Below, one piece after another: positions 37,751-51,460 of a stretch of DNA of 64,000 bases. Source of the DNA: Azolla caroliniana. Lineage: Eukaryota > Plantae > Polypodiophyta. The position numbers and the translations under genes were made by a program. The notes beneath the pieces were generated by a model. That model was not told the origin of the DNA. It saw only the letters and a program-made list of their open reading frames with translations, and searched no databases. Within the stretch, counting starts at the first letter, position 1; each line of letters starts with the position of its first letter. Where the stretch lies: assembly GCA_043228905.1 (NCBI GenBank), contig JBHGNT010000016.1, positions 12,896,001-12,960,000 on the forward strand. Direction: 5' to 3'.

Positions 37751-38039
37751 AAGGTTGTTAGGTACGTTAGGTACGGTACGGATACCATACGTATTTAACG
37801 TATTAATACCCGTATAGTATCTCCGAATTTAAAAATATGTTAAATACGTTTTCTTAATATGTTAAATACTTATAAAATATGTAAAATACGTATTTTACGT
37901 ATAGTACGTTAAATACTTCTAGAATTTGAAAATTATTTACCTTTCTAAAAAATATCTATAATCTTGTGAAAAACATCTATGTTTACACAATTTCGTGATG
38001 TACAATATAGTTCTACATCCTAAAATGCATATAAGACTT

Positions 38040-38870
38040 TTGAACATTTCACATCCTAAAATACTTGTAGTAATATGGATGTTACGGGAATGACCATATA
38101 ATATCCCATGGTGAGAATTTACCGTAGTATTCTATACACGTGGTGAGAAATATTTTTGTGACCAACAACACCTGAAAGGTCGTAAGGCATGATGGGTTGA
38201 TCTCATCTAGGACTTTCATTTTTCTATACGATATCATAAAGGTTCCATGAACACTATCGTTGATGCACTAAGTCACATCCGTGAAGTTAACATGCTTAGC
38301 TTCACTAAAATAACATTAGATATTTATGATCACCTTCGAGGAAAGTATCCTGATGACAGTTATTTTGCAAAATACTAGGCAAGAGTTGAGTCTGGAACAA
38401 ACACCACCACATCCTCGAAGGAATACTTCCACATTGCTAACAATATGCTCTACCATAATGGGAAGGTTTGTGTTCCAGATTTTCCTGAGGTCAAAAAGAG
38501 AATTCTTTTTTAATGCCATGATGCACCCTCTACGGGGCAGCCTGGAATACATCGTACACTCATTTTTATTGCCACTCAATTTTATTGGCCTAAGATGCGT
38601 CTTGAAATACATAGCTATGTGACTAAATGTCACCAATGTCAGGTTAACAAAGCTGAGCAACTTAAAGCCGCGGGACTTTTACATCCCTTGGACATTCCCA
38701 ATAATAAGTGGGAAAGTATATCCATGGATTTTATTGTTGGCCTTCCTCGCACCCAAAAAGGCCATGATGCCATCTGGGTTGTGGTTGATAGACTAACTAA
38801 AATGGCCAGATTTATTGCTACTCAAACCACGGTAACAACTCCTGAATTGGCTTACCAATTCGTTAAGTTT
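38040..38870 (+). pseudogene. Ty3/gypsy RNase H-integrase fragment
   Basis: KCHQCQVNK...GLLHPLDIP..KWESISMDFIVGLPRT..GHDAIWVVVDRLTKMARFI. Confidence 0.85.
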
Positions 38871-38874
38871 AGGG

Positions 38875-40860
38875 TTGGACAAGGCCAATTCGATGGAGGT
38901 GAATAGCTCAAAACTGAACGAGGTGTGGTATGTTGACTCCGGAGCGTCAAATCATATGACGTGTCACGAGGAATGGTTCTTGTACTTGACGAAACCGGAA
39001 AAACAAGGAGTGGTCGAAACTGGAGACGACACACCGCATACCATCGACCATATCGAAGAAGTTCCCTTCAGCCACGTCGGGTAGAAAGGGAAACTCATGA
39101 ACGTGCTACACGTCCCGACAATAACCAAGAACCTGTTGTCCATAGGACAAATCGTCGACCAGGGGATGCAGTTCGATTCACGCATATTGGTTGCTACATC
39201 GAAGAAGAAGGCAAGGGCACCGTGAAGTGAGGATGTTTATCCTCGAGACCAGCAACGTAGGCACCGCTATGTTCGTGAAAGGGCAAAAGGTCGAATCAGA
39301 TATCGACTTGTGGCACAAGCATTTCGGCCACGTAAATTTCCCAAAGCTTCGAGAAATGCAGACGAAAAACATCATTTTCAGCTTGCCGAAATTCAGTGAT
39401 CGAAAGAGCCAAGTCTGTGAAGCCTGCTAGTTGGGAAAGCATCACCAACTTCCATTCCGTAATGTGTGTAACCGAAGTCAAAATACACGCGATGTAATCC
39501 ATTCGGATGAATAGGGATCGGCACAGAACGCGAGTTTCGGTGGTAGCCGATATTTTGTGACTTTTATCGATGACTTCTCTCAACATACTTGGGTGTGCTT
39601 AATCGCCACATGAATTATACTCCAAGAAGAAGCCGAACTTGGCACACTTGAAGGTTTTTGGTTGCATCACGTATGTGCATGTGCCAAAGGAGAAACGGAG
39701 GAAACTAGATTCCAAAGCCAAGAAGTGTATCTTGGTTGGCTACTCAGACGAACAGAAGGGTTATAACTGTTATAACCCCCGAACGAAACAAGCTCGCGTA
39801 AGTCATGATGTGCTCAACTAGTCCGCATCGTGGTACTTACGTTCACCTCCAACTACTAACGACTCCATTCTAATCACTAATGTAGAGGTCCACAAGGCTG
39901 AAATGCCTCGGGACAAAGGAGAAATCGGATCTCTTGAAGAGAGTCCGATTTAATTTAGGCTAAGTGGGCGGAATGAGCGATTGAGTTGGCATGACCAATC
40001 AGGCGCATAGCCGAAGCGTAGTTGTGACTCGGTTGTGCATTCCCCCCACAAGAAGACGAGGACACGACTTACGCGCGAACAGAAAGGAAAGAAGAAGATG
40101 CCAGACTATGGCATTGATAAGGAAGACTCGGATCAAAGAGAACCCGACTCCGAGAAAAACGAAGACGGACCTCCGGAAACGAAGTCCGCGTCAGTCAAGA
40201 GAGCCTCAAAATCGGCTAATGAGCAATTATGCCGATCTGTACCTGCCAAAAGAACCCCGTGTTGCGTTTTGGATACAACGAGTAAAAGGCGTATCATTAC
40301 GCGTACATGATGCGAGTGGCAGAAGTGCGTGAGCTGGAGAGCTACGTAGAAGCTGTGAAGGACGCGAATTGGCGTGTTGCGAAGGAAGAGATGCGCATGT
40401 TATCAGACACTGAGACTTGGAACCTAGTTGACGTACCTAAAGGTGTGAAGACGATCGGATGCAGATGGGTGTACAAGGTGAAGTACAAAACCAACGCCTC
40501 ACATAACCGATACAAGACCTGGTTAGTGGCGAAAGACTATGCGCAGAACCACATCGTCGATTACGACGAGACCTTCGTGCCTGTCGTGAAGATGTTCGTG
40601 TTATGCTGGCCGTAGCAATGGTGAAGGGGTGCCACTTATATCAGATGGATGTAAAGAATGCGTTCATGCCAGGTGATCTTGAGGAACAGGTCTCCATGGT
40701 ACCGCCCCCCGGATTTCGATGTAATCGGAACACGTCGGTAGTTTGCCGACTGAAGAAGTCCCTCTACGGACTAAAGCAAACCCCCGGGTGCATGGAACGC
40801 AAAGATCTAGGGGACCTTCGTTACTCTGTGTCTTTTACGCACACGCTTCTGGATGTATTC
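38875..40860 (+). pseudogene. Degenerate Ty1/copia pol (protease to RT, with deletions)
   Basis: [40 protein letters not shown] and [10 protein letters not shown] motifs. Confidence 0.85.
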
Positions 40861-42899
40861 CTTTACAAGTTTCAATGTAGCCGATATGCTAGTGGCATTT
40901 ATCTCAAACATGTCAGAAACAAATAGCACTATTTGACGCAAAAATGTAGACGTTGATTTTCTTTGCTATATTGTATTTTTCTAAAGATGGATACAAATTA
41001 TTTAACTCATTCTATATAGCCTCATTCCTTGTCCAAATCCGAACTTGAACCAGAGACCTCTAGTGTGTTAGAGTAACGTGATAACCAACTACACCATATG
41101 GACCCATTTGTCATTACTAATTTCATACTCTGAGATGAATTTTTTAATTAGACCAAGCCATTGACATGTCATACTGACATTGACATAACAACATTGTAAG
41201 TTTGCCAAGTGGTAGTAAGATTTACCTTATAGAAGTCTTTGTGACTACATACCATTTAGATTGAAAAAGATAGTACGAATGGAAGTAAGAAATGAAGAAT
41301 TCTTTTTGCTTTACTTAATATATGTGCAGGACATGTTGTTAGTTTAACATAATACTTGATTATATCGACATAATTACAATCAACCAACCGTGCAAAGAAC
41401 AATAGCTATGATTCTAGTTAGTCTAAATAGCACTTTTCTTGTTCAAACATAGACTGTAACCAGAGACCTCTAAAGTGTTAGAGTTGCATGAAAATTAACT
41501 ACACCATCTAAACATATGAAGGATATCTATTTGTCTATCTTAATTAATCTTGGTGCAATAACGATTGAACAATAGACTATTCTTAAATGAGTTTCAAGAC
41601 ATCATTTATTCATAACAGAATAGTTAAAAAGTTGCAAATAAACCCGGACTCAAACCGAAGTCGTGTAGTGTGGATGTCTACCGTGATAACCAACTACATT
41701 ATCTAGAGTAATTGTGAATATCAGTCAATTTCATGCATTCTGATGAATTTGATACTTTCACTAAAGCAACGTGAACATGGCCATCATTAGTTTCAATGTA
41801 TCCCATGTGGTTATGGCATTTAGGTCAAACAAGTCTCTAGAAAGAAATAGCAATAATTGACACAAGAAATCAACACGTAAATTTCCATGGCTTAAGGTAC
41901 ATGCATGAGGTCCACTAAATATATTCTTGATCTATAAAACCAGATCCCAATTTTTCTACTCATTCTGTGTAATATTTTTTGTTGCCCAAACACAAACTCG
42001 AACCAAATACCTCTAGTGTGTAAGACTAGTGTGATAACCAACTACACTATTTGAACCCAATTGTGAAAACCAATCTCATGGATTCAACGGAATTTGCTAC
42101 TCTGACTGATGGGATGTCACAACTACATGGCTACCACGAGTTTCAATGTAGCCCATGTGGTAGTGGCATTTAGGTCAAACATCTATGTAGATAGAAACAG
42201 GTAGCACTATTTGACTCCTAAAATGTAGACGTTGATTTTCTTGGCTATATTGTATTTTTCTAAAGACGGATACCAATTATTCTACTCATTCTATGTAGCA
42301 TCTTTTCTTTTCCAAACCCGGACTTCAATTATGAACCTCTAGTGTGTTAGACTAGCGTAATAACCAACTACACCATCTAGACATATTGAGAATTACTAGC
42401 TTGGATTGATGAATAAAAGACTAATCTTAATGGAAATTCCATCTGTCAATTCGAAAAGATTAAGTTGAAACATTATTGTTGTTGTAATGGACAAGATTAT
42501 GTGTTCAAACCCGGATTCAAGAGATCTCTAGTGTGTGGGACTAGCATGATAACCAAATACACTATCTAGACCCATTTGTCATTATTCATTTATAGTTTGA
42601 CATGAATTTGTTAATTAGACCAAGCGATTGGCATGTCACACTGACATTGACATAACGACTTTGTAAGTTTGCCAAGTGGTCGTAAGATTTATCTTATAGA
42701 AGTCTTTCTTACTACAAACCATTTAGATTGAAAAAGATAGCACAAATGGAAGCAAGATATGAAGAATTCTTTTTGCTTTGCTTAATATATGTGCAGGACT
42801 TGCAGTTAGTTTAACTTGACTATATAAAAATAATTACAATCAACCATTTGTACAAAGAACAATACCTATGATTCTAGTCAGTCTAAATAGCACTTCTCT
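40861..42899 (-). repeat. tRNA-Val-derived tandem array block
   Basis: Units at ~41030, 41440, 41635, 41982, 42309 and 42502. Confidence 0.82.
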
Positions 42900-45800
42900 A
42901 GGGGCTCATTGATGAGCATTGAAGTCCGTGTTAGTACTTCTGTCAGTCCGTATGGACTTGTATAAAAGTGCTCTCTCAACACATCCTATGTACAAAGTGT
43001 TATTATTTTGGAATAGAACTGTTGTCTACTCTCTCTCTGTCTCTACCTCTTCTTTTTCTCTCTGTGTTTCCTGTTTTTCGCTGAACTGTCATATTTCCGA
43101 ACTATGTACTCTATGTCTTTTACGCACACCCCTCCATGGAACAGGTGGCAAGCAGAGTTCTCTACTGCTTTGCATCTTGTGTGAGCAATCAACTTCTGAG
43201 TTACATTCAGGATGCGAAGATACCAAAGGATGCTTGGGGAAATCTGAAAAAGATTTTTGCCGCGAGCACCACAGCCAGAAAGCTCCAACTCAGCCAAGAG
43301 TTGAGCAATGTTCGACAACGAGATATGTCGATGGCTGACTACACCTCCAAGACGAAGGACATCTGCGACTCTCTCGCCTCCGTCGAGGAGGACAAAATGG
43401 TGCAGGTCTACCTTGGAGAGTTAGTGTCAAAGTTTGGAGCTTTCCGAACTACGGTCTGTACGACGGAGAATATGTCGTCATTTTTCAAGTTACAGTCGAT
43501 GCTCCTAGTAGAGGAGAAACACGCAGGCGCATCAACGAGTACGCACATTGATAGCAAGATGTTGAACATGGAGGAAGATAGGCCCCGTGGTCATGGCGGA
43601 CGAGGCGCCGCCGGAAACCGGCAAGGGAAACCCGCCGTGGAATGTTGGTACTGTGGCAAGAAAGGCTACAGGGAGAGTGAGTGCTGGAAGAAACGTATCG
43701 ATTCGGAGGAAACCACATCTAGATCCAAGCGGACCGAACAAAGAAATCGGCAGCTATCGCACTACGTTGAAGGCTCCAAACGAGCCGAAAATGGATCGGG
43801 CCTAGCCTTCGTAATGAAGGATAAGGCCAATTTGATGGCGGTGAATACCTCAAAACCGAACGAGGTGTGGTATATTCACTCCGGAGCGTCAAATCATATG
43901 ACGTGTCATGAGGAACCAGAAAAACCAGAAAAACAAGGAGAAACCGGAAATATAAGGAGTGGTCGAAACTGGAGACGACACACCGCATACCATCGAACAG
44001 GTCGGAGAAGTTCCCTTCAGCCACTTCCCTTCACGCATATTGGTTGCTACATCGAAGAAGAAGGCACGGTAATCACGTAAGGGCGCCATTAAGCGAAGAT
44101 GTTTTTCCTCGAGACCGACGACGTAGGCACCACTATGTTCTCGAAAGGGCAAAAGGTCGAATTGGATATTGTGAAGTCGATTTTTGCTCATAGGAAAAGA
44201 CCGTGACAAATACATTGGATGCAAAGGTATAGAAGAATAAAGCACAATATGAAAGGTCCAAGAGTTAAAAGATAAATGAAATTGAAGAGAAATAAAGTTA
44301 GAGGTGTTGTTCAAAAGTAGAAAAAGAAGAAAAACGCAGGAAATTAAGCAGAAAAAGCAAGGTAGAGAAAAAAGCTCATAACTTCTTCATCTCTTATCCA
44401 AATTTCAAAAGAAAATATTTATAAGAAAACTGACAAAGAGAGCTTTCTTATATTACAAATTTGGATGACAACCTAGAAATAATGATATGAAAAACGCACC
44501 ACACAAACTCGAGGATATGTAAAAGAAAAGAAAAGAAAAAGCAAGAATAACGCAACTAAAAACCTATAAGTAGGAGGGAGGGTATTCTTAGAAATTGGGG
44601 AGATGAAAAAAGATCAAGTGCCTAAGGTCCGATGGTGGGAAGGACTACTTCTCTTACTAGTTTTTGAATTATCTGTAGGGAGAAGGAATTCGGGGTGAAT
44701 TCTCCTACAGATACACGCCGCAGTAGAACGGCGTGGCCAAGCGGGAAAAAGTAACGATCGAAGAGCCGGCCAGGGTAATGCTCGAAGACAAGAATATGCC
44801 AAAATTTTATTGTGTTGAAGACGTAAGGACGGTTGTTTTTCTGCAGAATCGGACTTCTGCAAATGGAAGAGTGTTGCCACATGAATTGTAATCCAAGAAG
44901 AAGCCGAACTTGGCACACTTGAGGGTATATGGTAGCATCACGTATGTGCATGTGCCGAAGGAGAAACGGAGGAAGCTGGATGCCAAACAAGAGAAGTGAA
45001 TCTATTGGGAAATCGGTCTCTCCGGATGGGAGCCGGTGATGAATAAAGAGGGCTTAGTGAGAACAGATCCAGAAACCAGAGGAGACCCGGTGAGAACCAG
45101 AAGAGAAGACATATCTGCAAATATGTTTTGAGTAAGCCTATTGAGGCAATTTTTGTAAATAGCCCTAAGTTCATATGAGTATAAATATGACTTAGGGCAA
45201 TCACTTTGTAACGGGGGTTATTATTGTTGTTGTAACTGTTGTACAGAGAGATTGAGAGAGAGAGGGAGAGAGAGATACAGAGTGATACTCTGTTGTAACC
45301 GCCGGTTGGCAAAGATACAGAGCTCGAGGTCGTTGCCTACAAGTCTTTGATTGTACCCCTTCTCTTCATAGTGATAGTTCGGAGTCTGTGGGCTCCCGTG
45401 GTTTTTCCCTATTAGGGTTTTCCATGTAAACATCTTGTGTTAACTCTTTAGTTCCCATTTCTGTGTTCTCCATTCTCATCAAAGTGTTCAAGTTTTGGTT
45501 GTGGCCGAGCAATATTCTGTGCTATTTCTCAACAAACTGGTATTAGAGCGAACAACACAAAAAATAGAAGAATCGTTCGGTGGCATGTTCAAGCTCACCA
45601 GCTCGAACTACTCAGTGTGGAAGTCGAAGATGAGGGATATGCTGGTTGTCAAAGATCTTTGGTTGCCGGTTCATTTCGGGGACAAGAGACCGTATAAGAT
45701 CGACACCTTAGTGTGGGAGGTGATGCACATGAAGACGATGGCATACATCTGGTGCTTCATCGACATGAGCTTGTACAACAACTTCAATGAAAAAAGTAAG

Positions 45801-48800
45801 GCTCATGAACTCTGGGAGAAGATCGACATCATGTTCCAGAACAAGAATCTCGTTAATCGGGTTTCGGTATTCCGGAAGCTAGTGAGGCTCTGGTACCAGG
45901 ACGGCTCCAATATGGTACCAGGACGGCTCCAATATGGTGAAGCATATGAATGCCTTCCAGGGACTGATGCATCAGGAAACCTCGTGGAAATACCTCTCGC
46001 CGATGAGGTACTTGCCCTACTCCTGCTCGATTCCCTCTCGTATAACTGGGAGACGTTAGTTGTCACGTTGGGCAACGCCGGGCCGGAAGGAAAACAGATT
46101 TCCTAGCAAGAGTCATGTCAAGCTTGTTGGATGAGGAGGTGCGTCGAAAAGACAAGGAGGTGATCTCCAATGCCAAACCCCTCCTTACTAAATTGGAACG
46201 TGAAAGACAAAGGAATCGGAGTCCCCAGAATCAGGAAAAGTCGGGGACATGGTCAAAGTCAAGGGGGAGGCCCACTTGCTTCTATTGCGGCAAGCCGGGG
46301 CACTTCCAGAAGAACTGTCGGCACTTCTGGAAATACAAGGGAACCGACAATACCGATTCGAAGAAGTCACCGGACCGAAACGGTTCGGATCGGCGAGGCC
46401 CGGACCGGAAGGGAACGACAACGATCGCGGCAAGTGAAGAGGAACTAATGCTCATCACCGGGGAGAGTGAGTTGAACCTTGCCGGCGACGAGACAACGTG
46501 GGTTGTCGATTTTGGAGCATCGTTCCATCTTACCACAGACCGGAAATGCTTCTCATCCTACACAGCCAGTGAGCACAGCTATGTCCGGATGGGGAATGAA
46601 TGAACATGTCGAATTGTCGGCATAGGAGACGTGTGGTTCACAACACCAACAAGATCCAAGTTGCTGCTGAAGGATGTCCGACGCTTTCTGGAGGTTCGAC
46701 TGAACCTAATATCAGTCGGTCGGCTAGATGATGAAGGCTACATGGGTAGCATCTGGAATGGAGTCATGAAGTTCAGCAAGGGGAGCCTAATAGTGGCTCG
46801 GGCCTGGAAAGTCAACACATTATACCTGATGAACGCCCCGTTATGCTAGGAAGAAGAAGTGAGCGTTGCTTCCGACACTGCTGGTGAGCTGTGGCATAAG
46901 AGATTGTGTCACATGAGCGAGAAGGGGATGAGAAGGCTTGCTAAAGATAATCTGATTCCAGTGAAGGATGTGCATCTTGAGAACTGCACCGACTGCCTAG
47001 CCGGTAAGCAAAACCGAACTTCCTTCCGGTCAAGACCACCAATGAGACAGAATGCACCACTGGAGCTGGTGCGTACTGATGTGTGTCAAGTGGACACGAA
47101 GTCACATGCCAGATCGCAGTACTTCGTGACATACATAGAAGACCATAGTCGGAAGTTGTGGGTCTCGTCATTGAAGACTAAGGATCAGGTGTTATCCGTC
47201 TTCAAGGAGCTCCACGCGAGAGTGGAAAGAGAAACCGGCCGGAAGCTGAAGGCAGTTCGAGCAAATAACAGAGGAGAATATTGGGGGCAGTTCGAGGAGT
47301 ACTGCCGGTCGAAGGGAATCCGGCTCAAATTCACCGCGCTGAAGTCGCCGAAATTGAATGGGCTGGCCGAAAGGATGAATCAAACCATAATGGCGAGAGT
47401 TTGGAGCAAGCTCACACATGCCAAGTTACCCATGATGTTTTGGGCTGAGGCGCTAACGACGGCGACCTACGTGATAAACAGATCACCCTCAGTACCCTTG
47501 GGAGGAGACTCACCTCAGAAAGTTTGGACAGGTAAAGATGTATCTTACTGGCATCTGAAGGTGTTCGGGTGTCTCGCATATGTGCATGTCGTAAAGTACA
47601 AGAGAGCAAAGCTGGATCCAAAGTCCAAGCCATGCATATTCCTTGGATACGATGATGATGAGTTCGGTTACTGGATGTGAGATCTGGTCGATAAGAAGGT
47701 GCTCCGGAGTCGGGACATAGTCTTCGTGGAAGACAAGACCATTGCCGATTGGGAGTCGGAGAAGGTGATGAACTCCGGATCATTCATTGAAAACTGACTT
47801 GAGGAAAAAATGACTTACCCGGTTGAAAACCAGACACTAGCTGGTAACCGGATAACACTCGACCAACCAGCCAGATACGGACAGGAAACCGAACCGACTG
47901 AAGAAGAAGAAGAAGAAGAAGACACCGGAACCGGACAAGATCCTGAATCGGATGAGGATGAGGAACAAATGGAGGAACCGGTAGTAGAAGCCAAGGACAG
48001 AGATATCCTCTCCGAGAGGGAAGAGGCCCCCGGAGATTTCCGGATGCAAAGCATGTGTTGCTAACCAATGAGGGGGAGCTAGAAAGCTTCGAAGAAGCAA
48101 AGAGAGACACCCACAACCGCAAGTGGTTGAGTGTCATACAGGATGAGATGGATTCCATGCATGAGAACCACACATATGAACTAACAGAGTTGCCGAAAGG
48201 GAAGAGAGCAGTCCGGAACAAGTGGGTGTACAAGTTGGAACCGGGAGACGCCTGGAATCCACCAAGGTATAAGGCCCGAATCGTGGTGAAGGGATTCCAG
48301 TAGAAGAAAGGAGTGGATTTCGACAAGATATTTGCCCCTGTAGTAAAGATGACTTACATCCGGACGGTGCTGAGCATTGCGGCAAGCATGGACCTCAAGG
48401 TAGAGCAACTGGAGGTCAAGACAACATTCCTCCATGGTGACCTCAAAGAGTAGATCTACATGCAGCAACCGGAAGGATTCGTGAAGAAAGGGAAGGAGCA
48501 CCTAGTATGCCGACTGAAGAAGAGCTTATACGGACTGAAACAAGATCCCCGTCAATGGTACCGGAAGTTCGACTCATTCATGACGGATCAAGGGTACCAC
48601 AAGACGCAAGCCAAGCACTGTTTCTTGTGAAGAAATTTGATGGCGGAGATTCCCTGATATTACTCCTATACGTGGACGATATGCTGATAGTCGGACGAGA
48701 CCAAGTCAAAATACAGATGCTGAAGAAGGCCCTCAACCGGACCTTCTCAATGAAAGACTTGGGTCCTGGGGATGCACATCATCCGGAACCGGTCGAAGAA

Positions 48801-51460
48801 GCTATTGCGGTTGTCACAAGAAAAGTACGTGACGAAGGTGCTTCAGTGGTTCAACATGTTAGATGCAAAACACGTCGGATCAACACTTCCAGAAAACAGC
48901 AAGCTATCTGGAAAGCAGACCCCGAGGAAAAAGGCAGAGAAGGCGGATATGATGAAGATAACATATGCCTCTGCCGTCGGGAGCTTGATGTACACAATGG
49001 TGTGTACCCAGCGGATATCGGATATGTAGTCAGAGTGGTGAGCCAGTTCATGATCAATCCTGGAACGCGGTCAAGTGGATACTTCGGTATTTGAAAGGCA
49101 CCTCGAGCATGTGCCTCCGATTCGGCTCCGATAAGCCCCAACTCGACGGATTCACGGATTCAGACATGTTAGCTGATGCGGATACCAGACGGTCCACATT
49201 CGGTTATGTCATGACTTATGCAGGGGGAGTTGTTTCGTGGTAGTCAACGTTGCACAAGACGGTTGCATTGTCAACCACGGAGGCGGAGTACATGGCAGTT
49301 GTAAGAAGCCAGCAAGGAGGACTTCATCGGAGAGCTAGGGATCCAATAGGAGGAATACCGGCTCTATTGCCATCCACCTTGCAAAGAACGCAGCCTACCA
49401 TTACCGGACGAAACATATCTAGCGGAGGTACCACTGGATCCGAGAGAGAGTAGAAGATCAAGAGTTCGTGCTATCGAAGATCCACACGGAGGAGAACGGG
49501 TTAGACATGCTGATAAAGATCCTGACAATCAACAAGATGGACGTGTGCCGAAAGCGGATCGGGTTGACAAGATATTCCATGTCGAAGTGAATGGAGAGAT
49601 TATTGGGAAATCAGTCTCTCCGGATGGGATCCGGTGATGAATAAAGAGGACCCGATGAGAACCGGAAAACATCCAGAAACCGGAGGAGACCTAGTGAGAA
49701 CCGGAAGAGAAGACATATCTGCAAATATGTTTTGAGTAAGCCTATTGAGGCTATATTTGTAAATAGCCCTAAGTTCATATAAGTATAAATCTGACTTAGG
49801 GCAATCACTTTGTAATGGGGGTTATTATTGTTGTTGTAATTGTTGTACTAAGAGAGTGATAGAGAGAGGGAGAGAGAGATACAGAGCGATACTCTGTTGT
49901 AACCGCCGGTTGGCAAAGATACAGAGCTTGACGTTGTTGCCTACGAGTCTTTGATTGTACCCCTTCTATTCATAGTGATAGTTCAGAGTCTGTGGGCTCC
50001 CGTGGTTTTTCCTTATTAGGGTTTTTCCACGTAAACAACTTGTGTTCACTCTTTAGTTCCCATTTTTGTGTTCTCCATTCTCATCGATATGTTCAAGACT
50101 CGGTTGTGGCCGAGCAATATTCCATGCTATTTCTCAATAGTATCTTGGTTGGTTACTCGGACGAACAGAAGGGTTGTAAGTGTTATAAGCCCCGGACCAA
50201 ACAAGCTCACATAAGTTGTGATGTGTTCGACGAGTCCGCGTCGTGGTACTTGCCTTCGCCTCCAACCACTGACGACTCCATTCCAATCACTGACAAAGAG
50301 GTCAGCGAGGCTGAAATGCCTCAAGACAAAGGAGACAATCGGACACTCTCCTGAAGAGCGTCCGATCTCATTCAAGCTAAGTGGGCCGAATGAGTGACTG
50401 AGTCGGCATGACCAATCAGGCGCATAGCCGGTGAGTAGTGGTGACTCGGTCATGCATTCCCCACGCAATAAGCTGAGGAGATGGCTTACACGCGAAGGGA
50501 AGGGAAAGAAGAAGATGTCGAACTATGGAACTGATAAGGAAGAGTCAAATCAAAGAGAATCTGAATTGGAGAAGAACGAAGACAGACCTCCGGAAACAAA
50601 GTCCGCATCGGCCAAGAGGGCCTAAAAATCGGTTAATGAGCAATTACGCCGATATACCCAGTAGAAGAACCCCATGTTGTGCTTTGGATACAACGAGTAC
50701 ATGGCGCATCATTACCCGTACATGACACGAGTGACGGAAATGCGTGAGCCGGAGAGCTACGCAGAAGCAGCAAAGGATGTGAACTGGCGTGCCGCGATGA
50801 AGGAAGAGATGCGCGCGTTATCAGACAATGAGACTTGGGACCTGGTTGACACACCTAAAGGTGTGAAGCCGATCGGATGCAAATGGGTGTACAAGGTGAA
50901 GTAAAACACTGATGGCTCAGTTAACCAATACAAGAACCGATTAGTGGCGAAAGGCTATGCGCAGAAGCAAGTCGTCGATTACAACGAGACCTTCATGCCT
51001 GCCGTGAAGATTACCATTGTCTGTGTTCTGTTAGCCAAAGCAATGGCAAAGGGGTGCCACTTACATCAAATGGATGTAAAGAATGTGTTCCTGCAAGGTG
51101 ATCATGAGGAACAAATGTACATGGTACAACCCCCCGAATTTCTATCTGACCGGAACACGTTGGCAGTTTTCCGCCTGAAGAAGTCCCCCTACGGACGAAA
51201 GCAAGCCCTCTACACATGGAACGCGAAGATCACACAGTGTCTATATTGTATGGATTTTTTGATGTCCATTTGTTCGGCAAGGCCAACATGTACTGGTTAG
51301 TCTCTTACTTTATGTTAATGATCTATTTATCGCCAATGCCGACCTAGATGAAATTGGCCGCATAAAGTCTCAATTCGCGGCATCATTCGACATGAAGGAT
51401 CTACGGGACCTTCGTTACTTTGTGTCTTTTACGTACACGCTTCCGGACATATTCCTTTAC
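42900..51460 (+). mobile_element. Degenerate host Ty1/copia, interrupted by an LTR-like fragment (~44169-44612) and a nested copia
   Basis: LTR remnant, gag (ARKLQLSQELSNVRQ, ECWYCGKKG), integrase split at KCILVGY, and RT at ~50700-51420. Confidence 0.8.
45003..50139 (+). mobile_element. Nested full-length Ty1/copia (different lineage, Tnt1-like), non-functional
   Basis: LTRs 45003-45534 and 49601-50139; PBS TGGTATTAGAGC at 45538; PPT before 49601; TSD GAATC/GTATC; CFYCGKPGHFQKNC, LWHKRLCH and LLYVDDML motifs. Confidence 0.9.
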
